18,075 nucleotides of DNA from Longimicrobiales bacterium (GTDB lineage: Bacteria > Gemmatimonadota > Gemmatimonadetes > Longimicrobiales > Gaopeijiaceae). A model generated the notes under the pieces. That model did no database searches. It was not told the origin of the DNA and saw nothing but the letters and a program-made list of their open reading frames with translations. Location of the stretch: contig CBDANQ010000002.1 of NCBI GenBank assembly GCA_965197725.1, positions 1 through 18,075 on the forward strand, in the 5' to 3' direction. The translations under genes and the position numbers were made by a program. Positions 11,751 through 18,075 of the stretch are shown one piece after another (position 1 is the first letter of the stretch; the number at the start of each line of letters is the position of its first letter).

Positions 11751-11785
11751 AAACCGAATATAAACCGAAAGTCGAAGTCATGCAA
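11751..11785 (-). promoter_or_regulatory. sigma70-type promoter of dnaE2 with overlapping direct-repeat operator candidate
   Basis: Minus strand: TTGCAT (11785-11780), 17 nt, TATATT (11762-11757), 8 nt, ATG. TTCGGTTT occurs at 11769-11762 and 11758-11751 (11-bp period), flanking and overlapping the -10. Confidence 0.7.
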
Positions 11786-11830
11786 TGAAGCCCGCCGTGA
11801 GCCGTGGACCGGACGGATCGAGTCATGAGC

Positions 11831-11859
11831 TTGTCAGGGTGGGAGAAGAGACTAACTAT
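11831..11859 (+). promoter_or_regulatory. Putative sigma70-type promoter of the aldolase gene
   Basis: TTGTCA (11831-11836), 17 nt, AACTAT (11854-11859), about 40 nt upstream of the likely start. Confidence 0.45.
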
Positions 11860-11899
11860 GGATCCGTGTCAGAACTGCCAGTTGGAAAGGAGTGAGGTG

Positions 11900-12940
11900 T
11901 TGACCGTGACTCAGCCCCCAGCGGAATCGTCGCTCGCAGGGATCGCCCGAGCGCTCGTCGCGGACGGCAAGGGCATCCTTGCCGCGGACGAGAGCCTGCC
12001 GACCATCGAGAAGCGCTTCCGGACGATAGACGTTCGATCAACGGAGGAGAACCGGCGCTCGTACCGCGAATTGCTCTTCACGGCCCCACGCGTCGATGAG
12101 CATATCAGCGGAGTGATCCTGTTCGACGCTACGACCGACCAGGTCGACGCGTCGGGCACACCGCTGGTCGAGCTACTGAAGGCGCGAGGGATTATTCCGG
12201 GCGTGAAGGTCGATCGTGGGGCCAAGCCGCTGGCAAAATCTCCGCACGAGAAAGTGACCGAAGGCCTGGATGGCCTGCGTGAGCGCCTCCATGCCTACCG
12301 CGAGAAAGGTCTTCGTTTCACGAAGTGGCGCGCGGTCATCGCCATTGGCGAAGGACTTCCCACGCCCTACTGCATTCGCGCAAACGCAGAGGCGCTGGCT
12401 CGATACGCAGCGCTCTCGCAGGACGAGGGGTTAGTCCCGATCGTGGAGCCCGAGGTGCTCATCGACGGCGATCACACGATCGAGCACTGCTACGATGTGA
12501 CTGAAGCCACTCTCCACTGCGTCTTCGATGTGCTCCACCAGCATCGCGTTGATTTGCACGCCATGCTTCTCAAACCGAACATGGTGCTGTCCGGAAAGAG
12601 CTGCCCGGATCAGGCCGCGGTCGAGGTCGTCGCGGACCTGACCGTGCGCTGCCTGCTGAACTCGGTCCCGGCGGCAGTACCGGGTATCGTCTTTCTGTCG
12701 GGTGGGCAGACTTCCGAGCAGGCTACGGAACGGTTGAGCGCGATGAACGCTCGCGCGACCGAGGCGCCGTGGCAGCTGAGCTTCTCGTACGGTCGGGCCC
12801 TGCAAGAAGCGCCCCTCAGCGTCTGGCGCGGGGACCCCGCCAACACCGAGTCGGCACAGCGCGCACTGTGCCACCGAGCGAGGCTCAACGGCGCCGCCCG
12901 GTACGGGCGATACGCGTGGGAGATGGAGAGCGAGGTCTAG
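11900..12940 (+). CDS. Class I (Schiff-base, eukaryote-type) fructose-bisphosphate aldolase
   Basis: GKGILAADES, GVKVDRG, FTKWR, PIVEPEV, Schiff-base lysine in LLKPNMV, FLSGGQ, LSFSYGRALQ. Start likely TTG 11900 (AAGGAG 11887-11892) or GTG 11906 (GAGGTG 11894-11899). Confidence 0.95.
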   Translation: MTVTQPPAESSLAGIARALVADGKGILAADESLPTIEKRFRTIDVRSTEENRRSYRELLFTAPRVDEHISGVILFDATTDQVDASGTPLVELLKARGIIPGVKVDRGAKPLAKSPHEKVTEGLDGLRERLHAYREKGLRFTKWRAVIAIGEGLPTPYCIRANAEALARYAALSQDEGLVPIVEPEVLIDGDHTIEHCYDVTEATLHCVFDVLHQHRVDLHAMLLKPNMVLSGKSCPDQAAVEVVADLTVRCLLNSVPAAVPGIVFLSGGQTSEQATERLSAMNARATEAPWQLSFSYGRALQEAPLSVWRGDPANTESAQRALCHRARLNGAARYGRYAWEMESEV

Positions 12941-13016
12941 CTGGCCTCTCACATGGCCAGGTGGTGCGAACCTGCCGTCGATCGCCGTCCAGGTTCACGT
13001 CGAGGTTGAACATGGA
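12941..13016. terminator. Hairpins between convergent aldolase and symporter genes
   Basis: CTGGCC-8 nt-GGCCAG (12941-12960) and imperfect CCAGGTTCA…TGAACATGG (about 12988-13014); no U-tracts. Confidence 0.3.
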
Positions 13017-13021
13017 GGACA

Positions 13022-14455
13022 TCAGGGTGCTCCTTGCGAGTCCGGCCGGCGGATGACCTGCACGATCCCGAACGCCACGCCCGACGCGAGAATTCCTAGC
13101 AGCGTTCGGTCGAACCAGGGCGAAGCGAGCCAAGCGGCGGTGCCGGTCCGCTTCGCAAGTTCCACGGTGATCAGTACCGAGGCTCCCACGCCGATCGCGG
13201 CGAGAGCTTCGGCTACGCCGGCTCGGCGCGTGTGCAGACCGACGACGATCGGTACGAAGAGGCTGACGCTCATGACCGAGTAGAAGATCGTCAGCGAGCC
13301 GATGACGGTCGGGATCACGAACACCAGCAGGATGCCCAACGCGCCCCCTGCCAGCGCCGCAAAGCGAGCCGCCTTCAAGACCTGCGCATCCGACGCCTCC
13401 GGCGCCACGTACCTCTTGTAGATGTCCTTGGACAGCGACGTGGACAGCATGAAGAGGATCGTGTCCGCGCTGCTCACCTCTGCGGAGAAGACGGCGGCGA
13501 GGGCGAGCGCACCGAACAAAGTGGGCAGGCCCAGAGTGAGTACCGTCGGGACGGCGAACTCGGGGTTGGCCAGCGCGGGTTCGTAGACTCGTGCGATCAT
13601 GCCCAGCAGCGCCGGAGTGAATGCGAAGAGCAGCAACACGAAGCCTTGGGCGGCGATCCCGATGCGCAGCGCGCGCTCGTCCCGACACGCATACGCCTTT
13701 TGCAGCAGTCCGGGGGAGATGATGAAGGCGGGCACGATCAACGCGATGTAGACGAGGCCGGAGCTGGAAAAGAAGCTGAGGTATTCCGGTCCGGGCGCGG
13801 CGGCGGTGACAGCCTGCCAACCACCAGCCATCGACAGCGCGAGCGGCACGGCGATCGCGAAGCCGACGAGCAGCACGACGAGCTGGACGACGTTCACCCA
13901 CGCGGACGTGAGCAGACCGCCCGTGCTGAAGTAGGCGGTCATCACGATGCCTCCCATGAGCGCTCCAACCCAGCGCGGCGCGCCGAGCACCCATTCGAGG
14001 ATCTCCGACATCGCGATCAGTTGCGCGGCCAGAATCGCCAGGGTCGCAAACCAGAGCAGGGAAGCGATTGTCGCGCGCACCGCACTCCCGTAACGATGCT
14101 CGAGGTAGTCGCCGGCGGTATATAGGCCGTGCTTCGTCGCGACCCGCCAGATGCGGGGTCCAACCCAAGTGGCGAGCAAGATCGATCCGATTCCAGCGGA
14201 CCCGACGAACCACCAAGCGGACAGCCCGAAGTCGTATGCGAGGCCCGAGGCGCCGATAATCGAGCCGGCTCCGATGTTCGCCGCGAGGAAGGTCGAGAAG
14301 GTCAGGCCCGGTCCCAGCTTGCGGTCGGCCACGAAGAAGCTGTCGCTGCCCGCGACACGCCTCGAGATCCAGAGCCCGAAGACGACGAGCGCGATCACGT
14401 AGCCCAGCAGCATGCCGAGCTGGAGCGCGACGGGTGCGTCGGGGTCGGGGTTCAC
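13022..14455 (-). CDS. Sodium:solute symporter (SSS family)
   Basis: 477 aa, about 13 hydrophobic segments; DSFFVADRKLG, AANIGAGSIIGASG, YFSTGGL, and AAVFSAEVSSADT…STSLSKDIY (Na-site helix). Confidence 0.92.
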   Translation of the reverse strand: MNPDPDAPVALQLGMLLGYVIALVVFGLWISRRVAGSDSFFVADRKLGPGLTFSTFLAANIGAGSIIGASGLAYDFGLSAWWFVGSAGIGSILLATWVGPRIWRVATKHGLYTAGDYLEHRYGSAVRATIASLLWFATLAILAAQLIAMSEILEWVLGAPRWVGALMGGIVMTAYFSTGGLLTSAWVNVVQLVVLLVGFAIAVPLALSMAGGWQAVTAAAPGPEYLSFFSSSGLVYIALIVPAFIISPGLLQKAYACRDERALRIGIAAQGFVLLLFAFTPALLGMIARVYEPALANPEFAVPTVLTLGLPTLFGALALAAVFSAEVSSADTILFMLSTSLSKDIYKRYVAPEASDAQVLKAARFAALAGGALGILLVFVIPTVIGSLTIFYSVMSVSLFVPIVVGLHTRRAGVAEALAAIGVGASVLITVELAKRTGTAAWLASPWFDRTLLGILASGVAFGIVQVIRRPDSQGAP

Positions 14456-14470
14456 CCGGTCGCGGTCAGG

Positions 14471-15553
14471 TTAGCGCCCCAGATCCGAGACGCTCGGAAT
14501 GCCTGGCAATCCTTCAGCCAACCTCACCGCTCTGAGAATAGCTTCTGCCATGACGTCCGCGGCCAAGGCGCCGATGAGCGTCACGTTCGCCGGTCCCTCG
14601 AGCACGCCGGTCGCTAGTGAGAAGACGGTGTCTCCGTCGCCCATCGTGTGCGCGGGATAGATCGTGCGCGCGAGCCCGTCCTGCGCCATCTGCGCGACCT
14701 TGGTCGCCTGCGCTTTCGTGAGCGTGGCGTTCGTGGCGACCACGCCGATCGTAGTGTTCGCGCCGGGCTCGATCTGTGGCTCTTCGCCGCTTCCGCCGGA
14801 GGCGCGGAGCAGGAGGCGCGCGTCCGCGAAGCCGCTCCCGTCCTCGGCACGCACACCGGCCACGACCTCGCCGGTTGCCGGATCGATGATGTCCCCGATG
14901 GCGTTCACAGCGACCGCGGCGGCGACGACCAGGCCGTTCTCAAGCCCAACCGATGCCGTACCGAAGCCACCCCTCATGGAGCGGCCGGAACCGCCCATCT
15001 TGCCGACGGTGGCGCCTGCTCCGGCTCCGACGGAGCCTTCGGTGGCCGCCTCGGAGGAAGCGGCTTGGGCTGCCGCGAAGCCACACTCGGGCCCCGGGCG
15101 GATCTTGTCATCGCCCTCGAGGCCCAGGTCAAAGAGGATTGCCGCGACGACGATCGGCACGACTTGCCCCCGACCGATGGGCCATCCGATGCTGCGCTCG
15201 TCCAGGTAGCGCATGACACCCGACGCGGCGTCGAGGCCGAACGCGCTCCCTCCCGACAGCACGACCCCGTATACCTGATCGACCATGTTGACCGGGTCGA
15301 GCAACGCGATCTCACGGCTGCCCGGCGCGCTGCCGCGCACGTCCACCCCGCCGACGGCTCCTCCCCGCGCCAGGATGACGGTGCAGCCCGTGGGCCGCTC
15401 GCTCAACGTGTGGTGGCCGAGCTCGAGGCCCGGCACCGCGGTGATGCCCCACGCGTCCATGCCGGGTCCTCCCTGGGCCTCGAGTGGCCCATGCGAGATC
15501 GGGGCCCCCAAGAGGAGGGCCCCGACCATGAGCATGCGTGACTCCGTTTTCAC
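14471..15553 (-). CDS. Secreted DmpA/P1-family (S58) self-processing amidohydrolase, Asn|Thr type
   Basis: ITAVPGLELGH, TGCTVIL, VDVRGSAPGSRE, VLSGGSAFGL, VPIV..AILFDL, GSVGAGAGATVGK, autocleavage site GANTTIGVVATNA, AQDGLART, HTMGDGDTVFSL. Signal-like N-terminus ending LEA|Q. Confidence 0.9.
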   Translation of the reverse strand: MKTESRMLMVGALLLGAPISHGPLEAQGGPGMDAWGITAVPGLELGHHTLSERPTGCTVILARGGAVGGVDVRGSAPGSREIALLDPVNMVDQVYGVVLSGGSAFGLDAASGVMRYLDERSIGWPIGRGQVVPIVVAAILFDLGLEGDDKIRPGPECGFAAAQAASSEAATEGSVGAGAGATVGKMGGSGRSMRGGFGTASVGLENGLVVAAAVAVNAIGDIIDPATGEVVAGVRAEDGSGFADARLLLRASGGSGEEPQIEPGANTTIGVVATNATLTKAQATKVAQMAQDGLARTIYPAHTMGDGDTVFSLATGVLEGPANVTLIGALAADVMAEAILRAVRLAEGLPGIPSVSDLGR

Positions 15554-15568
15554 GTCAGTCGTCGAGCG

Positions 15569-16255
15569 TCAACGGGTCTCCACTCGCGCCGCGGGTTGTG
15601 CGGGCGTGGTTCCGTCGATCGCGAAGCAATAGAAGAACCCGTTCCCACCGCTGCCTATCAAGTTGGCCTGGCTGCAGCCGCGCGAACCGTGAGCGGAATT
15701 CCACGAGCTGCCGCTGTCGCCGCCACCTGTCCGATCATGGTGGCCCACGCGTGCGCTGCCTTCGCCGCTGGAGGTCCAGTTGTCGCAGTTGGTGTTGCCC
15801 TCACCCATGAACACGGTCCCATCGAGGTTGGAACCCGTGAGGATGTCGTGCTGGTTCGGATCGTCGCCACGTCCCTTCGTCTGCGCACCCTTCTCCGAAA
15901 GAATCGACTCCTTCGTGAGGTTGGCGGCGTCCGAGTGAAGCGCGGTGGCGTCCGCCGCGATCACGTCTCCCGCATAGTTGTACCACGGCCCAGAACCGAT
16001 GCGGTCGCGAGCGTTCACCGCCGGCTCGCCATTACGCGCCAGCGCGCTCAGGTACGCGCGCCACGTCAGGTCGCCTGCGCCTGCGGTGTTTGCGAGGTCT
16101 TCGCAGCGCTGATCCGCACCCGCGAGCCCTCCGAGGTTCGCTCCGTCACCCGAACCCGCGCTGGTGATGAAGAAGCTCATGTTGGCGCTCTGTGCGGCGG
16201 CCGGGGTAGCGGCAACGAGCACCAGGACGGCGAGGGCAGTGATCATCTTGTTCAT
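15569..16255 (-). CDS. Secreted endostatin-like (C-type-lectin-fold) domain protein
   Basis: ATG 16255 after AGGAG; signal peptide …TPAAA|QS; GANLGGLAGADQRC, TWRAYLS, ARDRIGSGPWY, NCDNWTS, GCS and FYCF give four Cys arranged as in collagen XVIII endostatin-like domains. Confidence 0.75.
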   Translation of the reverse strand: MNKMITALAVLVLVAATPAAAQSANMSFFITSAGSGDGANLGGLAGADQRCEDLANTAGAGDLTWRAYLSALARNGEPAVNARDRIGSGPWYNYAGDVIAADATALHSDAANLTKESILSEKGAQTKGRGDDPNQHDILTGSNLDGTVFMGEGNTNCDNWTSSGEGSARVGHHDRTGGGDSGSSWNSAHGSRGCSQANLIGSGGNGFFYCFAIDGTTPAQPAARVETR

Positions 16256-16497
16256 GGTACTCTCCTGGTGGGGCGGAGCGGCTCGCCGGACGTGCCCCCG
16301 GCTTGCCTCCTCTGCAATGCGTCCGGGCAATGTCCGGAGGATGGGCCGAACCGGCAATAGGGAAGCGGCGGATCTTTGTCCGCTTTCCATGCGGAGAAGC
16401 TAGCGGGGCTCACGCTCGCGCGTAACGAGTTGCATTCTCATCTTGTGACCGGCATGCGCCCTCCCGCCGATCTCCCGAGTCTCAATCGGAGATGGAT

Positions 16498-18075
16498 ATG
16501 AAGCGATCTCGAAGCCACCGACTACTCCCTGGCCTGACCGTCTTGATGATGCTCGCGGCGTTAGCCGCCTGTAGGGATGCACGCGCCCCGCAGAACGCTT
16601 CGATCACGCAGGACAAGCTCTCCACCGATCTCCACGTGCTCGCTCACGATTCGATGGGTGGCCGGTTGGTGGGCTCGCAGCAGCTCGGCGCCGTGTCAGA
16701 GTGGATTGCCGCGCGGTTCGAAGGGCTGGGCCTCGAGGGTGCAGGCGACGGTGACGGCTACTTCCAATCCTTCCAGCTGATGTGGTTCAGCCTGGGCCGG
16801 GGCAACCGCTTGACGGTATCTGGTTCCGGTTCGGCTCGGGCGCCGGGTGAGGGCTGGACCCCGTCCAACGCGAGCGGAACGGGAGCCGCGACCGCGCCTG
16901 TGGTGTTCGCGGGGTTCGGAATCGTGGAGCCGAGGCTCGGTCACGACGATTACCGCGGCGAGGACGTGAACGGCCGCATCGTGCTGGTGCTCGAGCGCGA
17001 ACCCGGCGTCGCGGATGCCGCGAGTCCATTCGACGGGGTCGTCACGACCGAATCGTCGCGTGAGTGGCGCAAGGTGCTCGCCGCGCAGAAGCGGGGAGCC
17101 GTCGGCGTCCTTCTGACGCGGGATATCCACAACCGCGCGGCTGTGGAGGATTGGGACAGTACCCACGCGGCGAATTGGCCCGACGAGCCGCGCCGCATCG
17201 AGCGCTTCACGCTCGGGGCCTGGGCGGAGCAGATCACGATCCCAGCCGCGAGCATCTCGACCGAGCTCGCCGAAGCACTGGTGAGCCGGGCGGGCCGATC
17301 GCTCGAGGAGCTCGGCATGGAGGCCGAGCGGGCCGAGGGGGGAATGGGGCTGCTCGAGCTACCGGGTTCACGGGTCACCATGATCCTGGCGGTGAATCGC
17401 CACGACCTTCCAGGCGCCAACGTCCTGGCGATGATCGAGGGTTCGGATCCCGAACTGCGCGACGAGGTCGTGATCATCGGGGCGCACCACGACCACAACG
17501 GCGAGACCGAGACCGAGGTCTTCAACGGCGCCGACGACGACGGCTCGGGCACAGTCGGTGTGATGGCGATCGCCGAGGCGTACGCCCGTGCTGCGGAGCG
17601 GGGGGAGGGGCCACGTCGAAGCGTGATCTTCGCGATCTGGGATGCCGAGGAGCGGGGCCTGCTCGGAGCGTGGTACTACACGCTCCGCCCGCTCTTCCCG
17701 CTACGGAGGACGGCAGCCAACCTCAACATGGACATGATCGGGCGACACCAAGAGGTGCCGCCAGAAGGCGGGAGGCGCTTTCGTGGGCTCGAAGTGCAGA
17801 ATGCCGAGTCGAACTCCAATGCCACCAACATCCTGGGCTATAGTCGCACGCCCGAGCTAGCCTCGATCGTTGAGGCCGCGAACAGCTACGGCCTCACGCT
17901 GCGCATGCGCTATGACAACAACGAGTCGAATCTGTTGCGCCGGTCGGATCACTGGCCCTTCCTGCAGAACGATGTGCCGGCGCTCTGGTTCCACAACGGT
18001 CTGCACCCCGACTACCATACGTCGAACGACACACCGGAGCGCGTCGAATACGAGAAGATGACGCGCATAGTCCGT
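16498..18075 (+). CDS. M28-family peptidase with PA domain, lipoprotein (3'-truncated)
   Basis: Frame 1 is open from ATG 16498 (GGAG at 16488-16491) to the window end: MKRSRSHRLLPGLTVLMMLAALAAC (lipobox), LAHDSMGGR, VVFAGFG…DYRGEDVNGRIVLV (PA domain), GAHHDH, GADDDGSG, WDAEERGLLG, NLNMDMIG, RSDHWPF, HPDYH. Missing from the ORF track, presumably because there is no stop codon in the window. Confidence 0.92.
   Translation, partial: MKRSRSHRLLPGLTVLMMLAALAACRDARAPQNASITQDKLSTDLHVLAHDSMGGRLVGSQQLGAVSEWIAARFEGLGLEGAGDGDGYFQSFQLMWFSLGRGNRLTVSGSGSARAPGEGWTPSNASGTGAATAPVVFAGFGIVEPRLGHDDYRGEDVNGRIVLVLEREPGVADAASPFDGVVTTESSREWRKVLAAQKRGAVGVLLTRDIHNRAAVEDWDSTHAANWPDEPRRIERFTLGAWAEQITIPAASISTELAEALVSRAGRSLEELGMEAERAEGGMGLLELPGSRVTMILAVNRHDLPGANVLAMIEGSDPELRDEVVIIGAHHDHNGETETEVFNGADDDGSGTVGVMAIAEAYARAAERGEGPRRSVIFAIWDAEERGLLGAWYYTLRPLFPLRRTAANLNMDMIGRHQEVPPEGGRRFRGLEVQNAESNSNATNILGYSRTPELASIVEAANSYGLTLRMRYDNNESNLLRRSDHWPFLQNDVPALWFHNGLHPDYHTSNDTPERVEYEKMTRIVR

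Noticed and set aside
11749..11899. Overlapping N-terminal extensions of dnaE2 (from 11826) and aldolase (from 11804)
   Set aside because: The extensions lack family motifs and cover promoter-like elements; both starts fit better downstream.
11900..12940. Eukaryote-type class I aldolase as a recent horizontal transfer
   Set aside because: This class is already widespread in bacteria, and base composition matches the neighbouring genes.
16360..16400. Resemblance to a c-di-GMP-I riboswitch (GGAAA…GACAAAG on the minus strand)
   Set aside because: Lacks the GGCAAAC and GGACGCAAAG core and the second-stem architecture; only a superficial match.

Overview
High-GC (roughly two-thirds G+C by eye) bacterial chromosomal segment, mostly core metabolism and peptide catabolism, with no mobile element, CRISPR array or rRNA. 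Left to right: 3' part of a YqfB-like hypothetical gene (+); aconitase acnA (-); tRNA-Leu(CAA) (+); citrate synthase gltA (+); MBL-fold hydrolase (+); secreted M1 metallopeptidase (+); a 62-aa two-helix membrane protein (-); a stand-alone error-prone polymerase dnaE2 (-), divergent from a class I fructose-bisphosphate aldolase (+); a three-gene minus-strand operon (secreted endostatin/lectin-like protein, secreted DmpA/P1-family Asn|Thr hydrolase, sodium:solute symporter); and a 3'-truncated M28/PA-domain lipoprotein peptidase (+) that is absent from the ORF track. The most notable signals surround dnaE2. It has no adjacent imuA/imuB and an apparently leaderless sigma70 promoter overlapped by a TTCGGTTT-N3-TTCGGTTT direct repeat (candidate new SOS operator). 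The protein also has a candidate clamp-binding motif of its own and a PHP site that looks intact except for one Asp->Asn change. All calls come from motif recognition by eye; no database searches were run.
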